Assembly: GCA_963707275.1 (NCBI GenBank)
Contig: CAVPPH010000001.1
Span: 92,625-156,624 of the forward strand
DNA length: 64,000 bases
Source of the DNA: an uncultured Chloroflexia bacterium
Lineage (GTDB): Bacteria > Chloroflexota > Anaerolineae > JAAEKA01
Reading direction: 5' to 3'
In this document: positions 27,864-39,001 of the stretch, in pieces
Position numbering within the stretch: position 1 is the first letter of the stretch
Layout: the number at the start of each line of letters is the position of its first letter
Made by a program: the position numbers and the translations under genes
The notes under the pieces: model-generated
Database searches by the model: none
What the model was told of the DNA's origin: nothing
The model's input: the letters and a program-made list of their open reading frames with translations, nothing else

Positions 27864-28113
27864 CGATAGTGCTCCTTTGATGATTTGGCATGCGCTGATC
27901 ATAGCGAGCCGTCCAGCGATCCCTGTCCTGACAGCGATGGTCCAATCAAAAGGCCCGCGGCGAAGCGCAAGGGCAGTCCGCCAGCCTGCGGGCCGGTCAA
28001 GCGATACGGCTCGTGGATGAGTGGATCGGCAGTGATCGTGAGTTGGTTCAATGCGTCAGAGAAGCAGCGCGTGCGATAAGCGCCAGGAGTTTATGCCGCA
28101 CTGCGTCAAAAAG

Positions 28114-28142
28114 ATTGTACACGACTTGCCCGAATTTGCCAA
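28114..28142 (-). promoter_or_regulatory. sigma70 promoter of the beta-oxidation operon (TTGGCA, 17 nt, TACAAT), leaving a ~245-nt 5' UTR
   Basis: The minus strand reads TTGGCAaattcgggcaagtcgtgTACAAT. The first start codon is at 27863. Confidence 0.45.
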
Positions 28143-28166
28143 AATGTCATGGAGCAGTGCGTCATG

Positions 28167-28206
28167 TGTGGGGGCTGGGGCGTAGGGCGTAGGGACTGGG
28201 AGGGTG
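28167..28206. repeat. GGGCGTA-type heptamer array
   Basis: gtgtgggggctggggcgtagggcgtagggactgggagggtg, the inverted counterpart of the array at 18955-18990. Confidence 0.65.
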
Positions 28207-28334
28207 AAACGCAGACAGTTCGACTTCTTCGGTGAAGTCGAATTTCTACAGCCAGCGGAGCATTTGGCTCAACGCCGCAACACTCCACGCCCTCCACCCC
28301 CATTCCCCCCAAATTCCCGAACCCGCCTGCCGTG

Positions 28335-28343
28335 TGATACAAT
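28335..28343 (+). promoter_or_regulatory. extended -10 element TGaTACAAT, 6 nt upstream of the mutL ATG (possible leaderless mRNA)
   Basis: tgatacaat at 28335-28343, ATG at 28350. The geometry is the same as at 439-454. Confidence 0.3.
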
Positions 28344-28349
28344 GCTGTC

Positions 28350-30229
28350 ATGCCGATTCGTGTCCTGCTCCCCGGAAGTGGCCAGCCGCATCGCCGCCGG
28401 CGAGGTGGTGGAACGGCCCGCGTCCGCGGTCAAGGAACTGGTGGAGAACAGCCTGGACGCTGGCGCCACCGACATCCGGGTCGAGGTACGGGAGGGCGGC
28501 CGGCGGCTGATCCGGGTGGTCGACGACGGCAACGGCATTCCCGTCGACCGAGGCCCCGCTGGCGTTCGAGCGCCATGCCACCAGCAAGCTGCTCAGCGCC
28601 GACGATCTGGAACACATCCAGACGCTGGGCTTCCGCGGCGAGGCGCTGGCCTCCATCGCCTCGGTCTCCCAGGTGACGCTGCTGACCCGCCACGCGAGCG
28701 AGGCGCTGGTACGCTTCATCCGCGTCGAAGGCGGCCATCTGGTCAGCCAGCGAGCCCAAAGGCGCGCGCGCCGGGCACGGTGATCACGGTGGAAAACCTC
28801 TTCTACAACGTGCCGGCCCGCCTGAAGTTTCTGCGCCAGGCGGCCACCGAAGCAGGCCACATTGCCGCAATCAGTGCGCAACTTTGCGCTGGCCTTCCCG
28901 CGATCGCCGCTTCAGCCTGACCTCTGACGGCCGGCTGATCTTTCGCTCCACCGGCAGCGGCCGGCTGGAGGATGTGCTGGTCAAGGTCTACGGTCTGGAG
29001 AAGGCGCGCCAGATGGTTGCCATCGAGCACGGCAGTCGGGACGGCAGGCGGTTGCGGTCGGCGGCTATGTCAGCCTGCCGCGCTGAGCCGCTCGAACCGC
29101 AACATGATCAATCTCTTTCTGAATCGCCGTCACATCCAGGACCGCACGCTGACCTTCGCCGTCACCGAAGCCTATCGCAACCGGCTGATGGTGGGCCGCT
29201 ATCCGGTGGCAGTGGTGATGATCGAGATCGATCCCGCTCTGGTGGATGTCAACGTGCATCCGGCCAAGGCTGAGGTGCGTTTTCAGGACGAGCGGGCGGT
29301 GTTTCGCGCCGTGCAGAAGGCCATCGTGACGACGCTCAACGAGCATTCGCCGGCGCCGGAGATGCGGGTCGACAGCGGCACCTGGTCCGTGCCAGGCTGG
29401 GCCGAGCGCCGGCAGGCCATTCTGGCGGCCGGACAGGGTTCTGCAACCAGCAGCTGGACCTGGGCCGGCAGCCGGCCGGGCCTGCCTGGCAGCAGTCGCC
29501 GCAGCACAACGGGGCGATCTATCAGGTCCAGCCTGACCAGCCTGTGGCCGCTGAGAGCGCAGCCGCTGATCGGCGTCGATGGCGCGTTGCCGACGCAGCC
29601 AGCCACTCCGGCAGCAAGGCGATGACCTGACAGGCAGCCGACATGCTGCCCATGCTGCGGGTTGTCGGCCAGATGGGTGCGACCTACATCGTCGCCGAAG
29701 GGCCGGAGGGCATGTATCTGGTCGACCAGCACGCAGCCCACGAGCGCATCCTTTTCGAGCAGATGATGGCGCAGCAGGCCAGCCATGGTGTGCCGCAGCA
29801 GGCGCTGCTGGAGCCGACTGGTTTTCGAGGCCGGCACGGAGCACGGCGGGCTGATGGCGGAGAATGCCGAGGGACTGGCTGCGGTCGGCTTTGGATCTGG
29901 AACCGTTTGGCAACGACACCTGGCTGGTGCGCAGCGTGCCGGCGGTCTTTGGACAGGCCGATCCCGGCCTGGCGCTGGAGGAGGTGCTGGAAGGCATCGC
30001 CGACGGCCGCGATCTGGTGGGCGAGACGCGCGAGGCTGCGCTGACCGCCAGTGATCTGCAAGCGGGCCGCCATCAAAGGGCGGCCAGAGCATTGTCACTG
30101 GAGGAGATGCGCCAACTGGTGCGCCAGCTCGAAGCCTGTCAGAAGCCCAGGGTCCTGTCCGCACGGACGCCCGACGATGCTGGTGCTCAGCACCGCTCAG
30201 CTTGAACGGGAGTTCGGGCGCCGTGGATA
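28350..30229 (+). pseudogene. mutL: DNA mismatch repair protein MutL, at least 5 frameshifts (the first within codons 6-8)
   Basis: MPIRVL(S)[33 protein letters not shown].. (GHKL ATPase), ..NVHPAKAEVRF.., ..VGQMGATYIVAEGPEGMYLVDQHAAHERILFE.. and the C-terminal ..[20 protein letters not shown] are collinear across frames. Confidence 0.9.
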
Positions 30230-30311
30230 ACCGTAGCAATAATTCTGAAGACACGGTCGACTGATGCGACTCACAGACATCTCGGCAATAACATTCAAAA
30301 GGAGAAACCTT

Positions 30312-31363
30312 GTGACCGCAGCCACCAAGACCCCGCCGTTCGTGACCAGCGGCTATCCTAACTGGCGACAGATCGTGGCCCAGTACCAAAATCCCGGACG
30401 TTCGCAACAGCGTTGGCCAGATTCTGACCTCGATCGTGCCGTATTTCGTCCTGCTGATCGTGATGTACTTCACCCTGAGACGTCTCGTATTGGCTCACTC
30501 TGTTGCTGGCCATTCCCGCCGCCGGCTTCATGATGCGCATCTTTATCATCTTCCACGACTGCGGCCATGGCTCGTTCTTCAAGAACCGCAAGGCCAACGA
30601 CATGGTGGGCGCGATCACCGGCGTCATCACCTTCACGCCCTACTACCGCTGGCGTCACGCGCATGCCATCCATCACGCCACCGCCGGCGATCTGGATCGT
30701 CGCGAGGCCGGTGACATCTGGACGATGACAGTCAATGAGTACCAGGAGGCGTCGCCCAGCAAGCGGCTGGCCTACCGGATCTACCGCAACCCGATCGTTA
30801 TCTTCACGGTCGGCGCATGGCTCAGCTTCCTGGTCTTCCAGCGCATTCCCATCTCCGAGCGCAGCAAGCGCCAGTTGATGAGCATCCTCTGGACCGATCT
30901 GGCGCTGCTGAGGGTCTTCGTGGTGGCGGCGCTGACCATCGGCCTGGGCGACTTCCTGCTGGTGCTGCTGCCGGTGATGCTGATGGGAACGTCGCTGGGT
31001 GTCTGGCTGTTCTACGTGCAGCACCAGTTCGAGGGCGTCTACTGGGAGCATCACCAGGACTGGGACTACACGAAGGCCGCCTTGCAGGGCAGTTCCTTCT
31101 ACAAGCTGCCGCGCATCCTGCAGTGGTTCTCAGGCAACATCGGCTTCCACCACATCCACCATCTCAGCCCGCGCATTCCCAACTACAACCTGGAAAAGGC
31201 CTGGAAGGAAAATGAGCTGTTCCAGGTCGAGCCAATCACGCTGCGCACCAGCCTGAAGTCGATGACTTTCCGGCTGTGGGACGAGGAGCACAAACAGTTG
31301 GTCGGCTTTGGCTATCTGAAGACACTGCCCAAGAAGGTCGTGCCAACGCCTGTCCTGGAATAG
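30312..31363 (+). pseudogene. membrane fatty-acid (acyl-lipid) desaturase, two N-terminal frameshifts (about 30400 and 30490)
   Basis: Three histidine boxes (HDCGHGS, HAIHHAT, HHIHHL) are in ORF 30503..31363. The N-terminus starts at GTG 30312 after AAGGAG and contains the TM segment VPYFVLLIVMYF in a shifted frame. Confidence 0.8.
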
Positions 31364-31445
31364 CGTTGGCTTGCCTGCCAGTTTTGTGTAACTCAACCAC
31401 TTCACGTTTCACACTTGACAACGAAAGGGCTGACAGTCCGTTTAC

Positions 31446-32039
31446 TTGACAGGCCTGTCAGCCCCGCCTCGTATGAATCGTCACTTCGACCTCCTCGCCC
31501 CATTTTACGACCGTGCCATTCCGCCGCCAGATCCTGACTGGCTGGCGGAGTTGCTGCGTCTGCCCGCGGACGGTTGGCTGCTGGACGCGGGCGGCGGCAC
31601 CGGTCGGGTGTCAGCAGGCTTGCACGGTCGCGCAGGTCGCCTGGTCATCACCGATCTATCCGCGCCGATGCTGGCTCAGGCGCAGGCCAAGCAGGTGGCC
31701 TGCCCGGTTCAGGCGCAGGTCGAGCGGCTTCCCTTTGCGGACGGCCAGTTCGACCGCATCATCGTCGTCGACGCGCTGCACCACTTCGCCGACCAGACGC
31801 TGGCGGTGGCCGAACTGGCGCGGCTGCTCAAGCCGGGCGGGCGGCTGGTGATCGAGGAGCCTGACATCCGCCAGGCGCGCGTCAAGTTGATCGCACTGGG
31901 CGAGAAACTGGCGCTGATGGGCAGCCACTTCCACACGCCGCAGCACATCCAACTGATGCTGATCGGCGCCGGGTTGACAGCTGAAGTTGTCACTAATGAC
32001 AGCCCCAGCGCGTGGATCGTCGGCGACAAGCCGGAGTAA
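31446..32039 (+). CDS. class I SAM-dependent methyltransferase
   Basis: LLDAGGGTGR motif I, then ..FDRIIVVDALHHF.. and ..LKPGGRLVI... The start is uncertain (TTG 31446 or ATG 31473). Confidence 0.75.
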   Translation: MTGLSAPPRMNRHFDLLAPFYDRAIPPPDPDWLAELLRLPADGWLLDAGGGTGRVSAGLHGRAGRLVITDLSAPMLAQAQAKQVACPVQAQVERLPFADGQFDRIIVVDALHHFADQTLAVAELARLLKPGGRLVIEEPDIRQARVKLIALGEKLALMGSHFHTPQHIQLMLIGAGLTAEVVTNDSPSAWIVGDKPE

Positions 32040-32070
32040 CCGATTAGCCAACACTGGGAGAACGATCGCC

Positions 32071-33148
32071 ATGGCTAAGCAGACGGTAGGATACGTTGAC
32101 CTTGAGTGGACTTGCCCCAACTGCGGCAACCGCAATCCGGGCACGACCATCAAATGTGTGACCTGCGGCAATCCGCAGCCGGACTGCTGTGCAGTTCGAG
32201 GCCGGCGCCAGCGGGGAACTGCTCACCGATGAGGAGAAGATTGCACGCGCCCAGGCCGGGCCGGATATCGCATGTCCCTACTGCGGCACGCGCAATCTGG
32301 CTACTGCCGAACGCTGCAAGCAGTGCGCTGGCGAACTGCAAGGCGGCGAGAAGCGCGAGGCGGGCCGGGTCGTCGGCGCCTACCGTCCCGGCGCCGCGCC
32401 GCCCATCGTGTGTTCCGCCTGCGGCACGGAAAACGCTGCGACCGCAACCAAATGCATCAACTGCGGCGCGCCCCTGGGGAAACCTGCCCGCGAGCCTGAG
32501 GTGAAGCCGGCCAAGCCGGCTGGTCGGGCCATGCCGCGCTGGCTGATCCCCGCGATCATCCTCGTGATCGTCGCATGTATTGGTTTCTTCGCCGTGCAAA
32601 GTATGCGGCGCAGCCAGAACGTGGTCGAGGTGCAGGGGGTGCAGTGGCAGCGGCGCATACTGGTCCAGGCACTGATCCCGGTGACTCGCACCGATTGGCT
32701 GGACCAGGTTCCGTCAGACGCCAACGTGACCAAGTGTAACGGACGCGTGCGCAGTGTCAGCCCCGACCCGGTCCCCAACTCGATAGAAGTCTGCGGAACG
32801 CCTTATGTGGTGGACACCGGCACAGGCGTCGGCGAGGTCGTCAAGGACTGTGAATACCAGGTCAGCGATTCGTGGTGTGTCTATGAAGTCCTGGCATGGG
32901 TAGCGGTGCCGGCAGTGGTGGCTGAGGGTACCGATTACAGCCCGCGCTGGCCGGAAACGAGGCTGGAAAACAATCAGAAGGAGACCGGCCGCGAGGAAAC
33001 CTATTCTGTGATCCTGGGCGGCGACGGTAAGACGTACCGCGTGCCGGTGCGCAGCCTGGAGGAACTCCAGCAATACCAGCCGGGCAGCCGCTGGCGGGTC
33101 GAGGTCAACGGCCTCGGCGGCGTGGTGGGTGTCGAGCCGGTGCAGTAG
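32071..33148 (+). pseudogene. membrane protein with three N-terminal zinc ribbons, frameshift near 32190
   Basis: CPNCGNRNPGTTIKCVTCG, CPYCGTRNLATAERCKQCA and CSACGTENAATATKCINCG, then one TM helix (WLIPAIILVIVACIGFFAV) and a ~190-aa extracytoplasmic domain. No family recognised. Confidence 0.5.
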
Positions 33149-33164
33149 AAATTCAATTCAGAAT

Positions 33165-33710
33165 TCAGTTGATTGCGGCCTCTTCAAGAATGCGTGCGAC
33201 TGAGGCTTCCACGCTTAGTTCCGTTGTGTCAAGCACGAACCAACCTTGCTGCTCAAGCACAGCGGCCGCCGTTTCAAGATTCGCATAAACTGATCGGATG
33301 CCGCCATCAATGTAAGTGCTGGTGACACCTGGACCAGATCGCTTCAGATTGCGATCGATGGCTGCGCTCAGACTGGGATACAGCAAAACCTTGTAGACGT
33401 GCGGGGCGGCGAACAGGCTCTGATACTCGGCTAACTGGCTGTTTGGATCCCAGAAGTCATCGATCACCACCACAAAGCCAGCCCTGTTGTATGTCATCGC
33501 CATCTGTATCACGCTCTCCCGGGCCGCTGCCAGTTGCTCGATGAGATCCTCGCCCCAAACGTCACCTGGGTGCATCACCCCTGACACCACCATTTCGCGC
33601 ACAGTATCAACCGGGATGTGGATGCTCTTTGGAAAACGAACCGCCAACCATCGCGCGGTAGAACTTTTGCCAACCGCTGGCGCCCCGACTAACAAGAAGA
33701 TGTGCGTCAT
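33165..33710 (-). CDS. P-loop NTPase/kinase-like protein (AAA_33-like)
   Basis: Walker A GAPAVGKSST at the N-terminus and a Walker B-like VVVIDDF, in a 181-aa intact ORF. The substrate is unknown. Confidence 0.5.
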   Translation of the reverse strand: MTHIFLLVGAPAVGKSSTARWLAVRFPKSIHIPVDTVREMVVSGVMHPGDVWGEDLIEQLAAARESVIQMAMTYNRAGFVVVIDDFWDPNSQLAEYQSLFAAPHVYKVLLYPSLSAAIDRNLKRSGPGVTSTYIDGGIRSVYANLETAAAVLEQQGWFVLDTTELSVEASVARILEEAAIN

Positions 33711-33842
33711 TCATGCCTCTATGCCAAAAGTTTGATCAAAACGTAACCCGGCATCGGTATTATGCCAATCAGCGCGCTTCCTTGGCTACCCTGCGTGCTC
33801 AAGCACGTGTCTTAACCACAGGTTCGCTTCGTCGATCGCCTG

Positions 33843-34780
33843 TCAACTCTCGGCAAACAGCTCGCCCAGCACCAGGAAGCCGTGGATCATGCCGTCGTAG
33901 CGCGTGCACACGGTGGGCACGCCCGTCTGTTGCAGGCGATCCGCGTAGCGTTCACCCTCGTCGCGCAGCGGATCGTACTCGGCGGTGATCACCAGCGCGG
34001 GCGGCAGGCCGCTCAGATCGGGCGCGCGCAGCGGCGATGCATGCGGATGGTTAGCCTCGCTGGCATCGTTCAGATAGTGTCCCCAAAACCAGATCATCAT
34101 GTCGCGTGTGACGAGGTATCCGTTGGCATTGGCGAGATAGGAGGGAGTTGCAGGGGTGTGATAGTCGGTCATGGGGTAGATGAGAAGCTGACCGCGCAGA
34201 GCGCGGCCCGCCCTCGTCGCGAATCCGCATTGCGATCACGGCTGCCAGGTTGCCGCCGGCGCTGTCGCCCGCCAGCGCGATCCGGGTCGCGTCGGCGTTG
34301 AACTGCGGCGGCATGCTCCGCCGCCCAGCGGGTGGCGGCCAGACAATCGTCAGGCCCGGCAGGGAACTTGTGCTCCGGCGCCAGGCGATAGTCAACTGAT
34401 ACGACGACGCAGCCCGCGCCATGACACAGACTGCGGCAAATCTCGTCGTCGTTGTCGAGCCCTCCCACCACAAAACCGCCGCCGTGAAAGAAGATCACCA
34501 GCGGGAATGGGCCAACGCCTTCCGGTGAATAGATCCGTATCGGGATTGCGCCGGCCGGGCCGGGAATGGCGCGATCCGCGATGCTGGCGACGCGGACGGG
34601 GTTGCGGCTCTTGCGAATCCGTGCCTGCGTCGACTGACGGGCCTCCGGAACGGTCATCTCGTTGAGAGGCTTGCCGCCTGTGACCCGCATCGCGAGCAGC
34701 AGAGCGCGCATCGTCAGGCTGAGTGGCATATCACAGCCTCGTGGCAGCGAGAGAGTTCTAAGACGAGCCATTCGCGCCAA
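33843..34780 (-). pseudogene. alpha/beta hydrolase, hormone-sensitive-lipase-type esterase, about 2 frameshifts
   Basis: The HGGGF oxyanion motif (34169..34780), the GDSAGGNLAA nucleophile elbow (frame of 34051..34473) and the C-terminal ..DPLRDEGERYA..L...G.....Y.GMIHGF (33843..34172) are collinear. Confidence 0.8.
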
Positions 34781-35660
34781 GCCCGCACCACTCCCAACTC
34801 AATTCCCACAGACGGCGCGCTTTCTCTTCGTCGTAAGACTCGTCACTGGAGCGTATCTCTTTGCCATCCACGATGAACTTGCCGCCGACGCTTTCATAGC
34901 GGGGATCGGTCGCGGCGACCATGTAAGACGAAGAGGCCTGTTCCAGCGAGCGCGCAAAGGGCATGCGCGGCAGGATTTGATTGTACATCAGACGGTCAAG
35001 CGCCGACGTCCGGCGATTACCGATGGCCTCGGGCACAAAACCAGGACACACCGCATTCGACGTCACGCCCGTGCCTGCGAGCCTGCGCTGCAACTCGTAC
35101 GCAAACCACATGTTCGCCAGCTTGGAGTTGCGGTAGAAGATCTCGGAGTTGTAGTACTTTTCCCCCTTGAGGTTGTCGTAGTCGAAATCAGGCGCTCCCC
35201 TGCCTCCGTAACCCGGCACGTGCTTCTGCGAGGAGACCGTGATCACGCGTGCCGGGGCTGATTGCTTCAGGTTGTCCAGCAACAGATTGGTAAGCAGGAA
35301 GTGCCCCAGGTGATTGGTGCCGAATGTCATTTCGAAGCCGTCGGCGGTGAAGCTGGCCTGCTCGCCGGCGACCGATCCGCCCGCATTGTTGATCAGGACG
35401 TGCAGCGGGTAGCCCATGGCCTGAAACGCGGCGGCGCATTGGCGCACGGCTGCGAAAGACGCCAGGTCGAGCGGGATCGACTCGAGGCTGGCGCTGGGAT
35501 TGCCGGCGCGGATGCGCTCGATGGCCTGCGCGCTGGTCTGTTGATTGCGCGACGCGAGGATGACGTGGAATCCTTTGGCCGCCAGCTTGCTGGCAGTGGC
35601 AAAGCCGATACCGCTGTTCCCGCCTGTGATCATCGCGACGCGTGGTTGTTCTGCTGGCAT
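34758..35660 (-). CDS. short-chain dehydrogenase/reductase (SDR)
   Basis: ITGGNSGIG cofactor motif, NNAG, and catalytic YRNSK. The likely start is MPAEQPRVAMITGG at 35660 rather than the tracked 35792. Confidence 0.8.
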   Translation of the reverse strand: MPAEQPRVAMITGGNSGIGFATASKLAAKGFHVILASRNQQTSAQAIERIRAGNPSASLESIPLDLASFAAVRQCAAAFQAMGYPLHVLINNAGGSVAGEQASFTADGFEMTFGTNHLGHFLLTNLLLDNLKQSAPARVITVSSQKHVPGYGGRGAPDFDYDNLKGEKYYNSEIFYRNSKLANMWFAYELQRRLAGTGVTSNAVCPGFVPEAIGNRRTSALDRLMYNQILPRMPFARSLEQASSSYMVAATDPRYESVGGKFIVDGKEIRSSDESYDEEKARRLWELSWEWCGLGANGSS

Positions 35661-35846
35661 AGGTTCTTTCTGATTTGGCTCATGTTTAGTACAACTGCTC
35701 TGGCCGGTCTCCAGACCGTGCCCGTATCGTCCAGTGCACTTGTTCCAGTCTTGAGCCTTCCGCTTCGGTTGATTTCGTGTGTTGGTGCACAACCAAAACC
35801 ATTGTATCGAGGTAACAGACTGGTCGCAAACCTCAGAATGAAGCCA

Positions 35847-36573
35847 TCACGACGATTCCGTGTTGTAGATCACCGGCATCTGCCCCCGCCACTGCTTCCA
35901 CGTGTCGTCGTCGGTGATCAACTGCGCCATGAAGTGGCCGACGTTGATGCGGCTGGTCTTGCCGGCATCGAAGAAAACGCTGCGGATCGGCGAGGGATAG
36001 ATCTCGTACCCGGTGACGTGATCCACGTCGATCAGGCTGTCCGGGCGCACGACAACCCATTCGATCTGGCCGTCGTTTTGGCCGATACCGGTCCGCAGAT
36101 ATTCCGCAGCCTGTTCGTTGTCTGCCTGCGGAGGCACCAGCACACGCATCAGCCCGATGACCAGCCGTTCGGAAGCCGCGAGCTGCTCGTCGAGATCGCG
36201 GTTGCGATTGCCGGTCGTGTTCATCAGCACAAACCGGACCGGCTCTGCCGGCTGGTTGGCCTTGACAGCCGCGCACAAGCGGCGGGTCGCATCGGTGACC
36301 AGCCGGCGCGGGCTGCCCCAAATTCCCTTCAAAGTCATGTTGTGTCCCAAACACGACGCTACCGCATCACATCCTTGAACGTGGCGGGCCATCTCGGCGT
36401 CGCTCAATTCCAGGACGCTGGCCTGTATCACCGTAGATGATCGTGATTTCTGACCGTTTCGGGCAGCTTGTCGGGCGATCTCACGATCACCTTGACGGCT
36501 TCTCCGCGGTTCAGCAATTGCTCCACCAGCAGCCTGCCGGTTGCTCCTGTCGCTCCAACTACCAGGGTGGTCA
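35847..36573 (-). pseudogene. NAD(P)H-binding (NmrA/atypical SDR-like) protein, frameshift near 36430
   Basis: N-terminal MTTLVVGATGATGRLLVEQLL (start at 36573) is in one frame and the remainder (..VASCLGHNMTLKGIWG..VRFVLMNT..) is in ORF 35847..36590. Confidence 0.6.
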
Positions 36574-36636
36574 TCTTTTTCCTCCTTCAATGAGCAGCGC
36601 TATGCGTCCAGCGCTACCGGTTCGTCTCTGTTGATG

Positions 36637-37323
36637 CTATCGTGCGCTCAGGTAGTAATGCCACAGGATGCGTGCGGCGACTGCGCGCCAGGGTCTCCAG
36701 GATGCTGCAATTTCGGACAACTTCATCCGCGGTTGACGCGGCGGGCAATCGCTTGACTTTCTGCATTGCCTTGACTAACGCCAGATCGCCCGCCGGCCAA
36801 ACATCGGGTCGCAGCAACGCCATCAGCAGGTAGATATCCGCGGTCCAGCGGCCGATCCCCTTGACCTGCATCAGTTGCGCCCGCACAGCCGCGTCGTCCA
36901 GCGAAACCAGCCTATCGAGGTCGAGGTCGCCGCTCACGATGGACCGCGACAGCTCCCGCCCGTAGACGCGCCTTCTGGCGGCTGAAGCCAATCCCGGCGC
37001 AGTTCGTCGTCGTTGAACTCAAGAAAGCGTTGCGGCGTCAGTTGCTCCGCTGCCGCTGCGAGTTTGTTGAACGCAGCCCGAGCGGACGCCAGCGAGACCT
37101 GCTGCTCCAGGATGATGTGGATCAGGGTCGGAAAACCGGGTGTCCGCGCCCAGAGCGGCGGATTGCCGTGCGCCGCGACGATGGCTGCCAGATCCGCGTC
37201 GACCGCGACCAAATGGCGTACGCCTTCGACCAACCCTGCATTGTCGAGCACGCCGCGTGGCGATTGATCCAAGGGCGATAATGACCTGCCGGTCGGTGGG
37301 TGTCCAACAGCCATTAGCGACAC
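36637..37323 (-). pseudogene. HhH-GPD DNA glycosylase (AlkA / 3-methyladenine glycosylase II-like), about 2 frameshifts
   Basis: ..LIHIILEQQVSLASARAAF.., the helix-hairpin-helix VKGIGRWTADIYLLMAL, ..PAGDLAL.. and the C-terminal ..WRPWRAVAARILWHYY in a shifted frame. Confidence 0.7.
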
Positions 37324-38210
37324 GCCTCTCGATATGCACCCAAGTCACGGTGCTTCAGAATGACGTTAAATCGCATGGCGCGAGCTTGTTCACAGACTTC
37401 GTCCAGCGATACACCTGTATCTGTGTATTCGGCGGCAAAGACAGGCTTGCCGGTGGCTACGAATGGTTCCATCTGTTCGCACCAGCCTTCCGCAAAGCAG
37501 CTTTCGGTCAGCGCCCAATCAAAGTATGGTAGCAAATCCGCCACTTGCTCAGCATCGTTCTTTAACCCGATGGATAGTCCGCGACTGTGGGCTTCTTCGG
37601 CCAGCCAGAGGTTGTACGCCAGTTGATCCTGATAGGTCAGAGGAAAACCGGTGTCGTTCAGATAGCCGTCGATGTTGTCTGGCTCGAGGCCATCATATCC
37701 CTTTGCCTGACATTCATCAAACCTTGCTCGCATGATCGGGGCCAGCAAGTCGATGCGCCGAATATCTAACCAGTTTTCCCCCGGCCAGCCAGCGTATTTC
37801 TTGCCGATGACTTCTGCGGGGAACTGGTCCCTGTCAGGTCGCCAGTCCTCCCAGGACCCCACGCTGATGTAACAGACCACCGACTGTCCCCGGCTATGCA
37901 AGGCAGCTACTGTGCTGGCATCGTTGTCGAACAGGTCGATATCGACCATCTCCGCGTCAAATGACAGGTCAAGCGCGTCGCCAAGTTGCCACTGCCAGGA
38001 TGTGTCTATAGACGGTCTCCACAGCGGTGTACGGCTCAACGCAGGCTCGATCGCTGCAGTTTGGGAGGGTGAAATTGCAGGCGCGACGACCTGAGCCAGT
38101 TCTGGTTTGGGTACTCCGTTGCCACTGGACAGGGCGTCAGGAGAGCTATCGGCACAAGCTGTGACCGCCAGCAGTGCGATCAGCAAACAGAAGTGCAAGA
38201 CAAGTTTCAC
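37314..38210 (-). CDS. GH114-family endo-alpha-1,4-polygalactosaminidase-like lipoprotein
   Basis: Lipobox LLAVTAC, then blocks typical of Glyco_hydro_114 as I recall them (..CYISVGSWEDWRPD.., ..NWLDIR.., ..GYDGLEPDNIDGY.., ..GLKND..). Confidence 0.6.
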   Translation of the reverse strand: MKLVLHFCLLIALLAVTACADSSPDALSSGNGVPKPELAQVVAPAISPSQTAAIEPALSRTPLWRPSIDTSWQWQLGDALDLSFDAEMVDIDLFDNDASTVAALHSRGQSVVCYISVGSWEDWRPDRDQFPAEVIGKKYAGWPGENWLDIRRIDLLAPIMRARFDECQAKGYDGLEPDNIDGYLNDTGFPLTYQDQLAYNLWLAEEAHSRGLSIGLKNDAEQVADLLPYFDWALTESCFAEGWCEQMEPFVATGKPVFAAEYTDTGVSLDEVCEQARAMRFNVILKHRDLGAYREACR

Positions 38211-38370
38211 TGAATCATCGTCCTGTTTCTACAAGTCACGTAACGAAAGAAGGACCCTATGCCGCGCTAGCGTCAAGGAGAGTGCATCATCGAACCGCCT
38301 ACCATCAGTTCAACGACCTGTGTACTCGCTGCGGAGAAGCCCGTACAAGTAATCTCCGTGAAACGATCCG

Positions 38371-38940
38371 TCAAGCGTTCTTCCTGTTTTCCCGCAGGTG
38401 ACCTTCGCGTCGAAAACCGCATCGTTCGAGAAGGCGCCAACTGCGGGTGTTGTTCTCGTTGCAATCACTTGTCACCCGATGCGCACCCAATTCGATGAAC
38501 AATGCTTCTAAAACGCGATTGACGGCCTCGGAGATGACCCCCTTGCCCTCGTAGTTGGTATCAGCCACGTAGCCGATGACGAACTCCGGCAAATCCCGGT
38601 TGGTCGGCGCGACGTACACTTGCCCTGCCCATTCGCCGGTTGCTTTGTCAAAGATGCCAACGAAGAAGCGAGTACCGCAATGCCAATCCTCTGCCAGTTG
38701 CCTGACGATGGCTTCGGCGTGTTCCTCGTCCTTCAAGTAAAGTATGACATTGCCGGACTCGAACCTGGCCAAATGCTCCCGATTGCGGATGCCAGCCGCA
38801 TAATACATCGGGCCATCGCCCGACTCGTAGCGTCGCAGGTGCAGCCGTTCGGTATCCATGTGCTCAGGAACCGTTGTCAACAGGGGATTATCCATATTTC
38901 CATCGTCATTCCAGTCTTCCGACATTGATCGATTGGGCAT
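38371..38940 (-). CDS. GNAT-family N-acetyltransferase (RimJ/RimL-like)
   Basis: 189-aa ORF with ..YEGKGVISEAV..L...F...GAHRV.....NN..S.RLLE.CGFRREG.. acetyl-CoA-binding core. Confidence 0.65.
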   Translation of the reverse strand: MPNRSMSEDWNDDGNMDNPLLTTVPEHMDTERLHLRRYESGDGPMYYAAGIRNREHLARFESGNVILYLKDEEHAEAIVRQLAEDWHCGTRFFVGIFDKATGEWAGQVYVAPTNRDLPEFVIGYVADTNYEGKGVISEAVNRVLEALFIELGAHRVTSDCNENNTRSWRLLERCGFRREGHLRENRKNA

Positions 38941-39001
38941 TGGCTCTCATCCCAAGCGCTGAGGCCAGCCGAGCGAGCCTACCGGCGAACGCGAGCGATG
39001 C

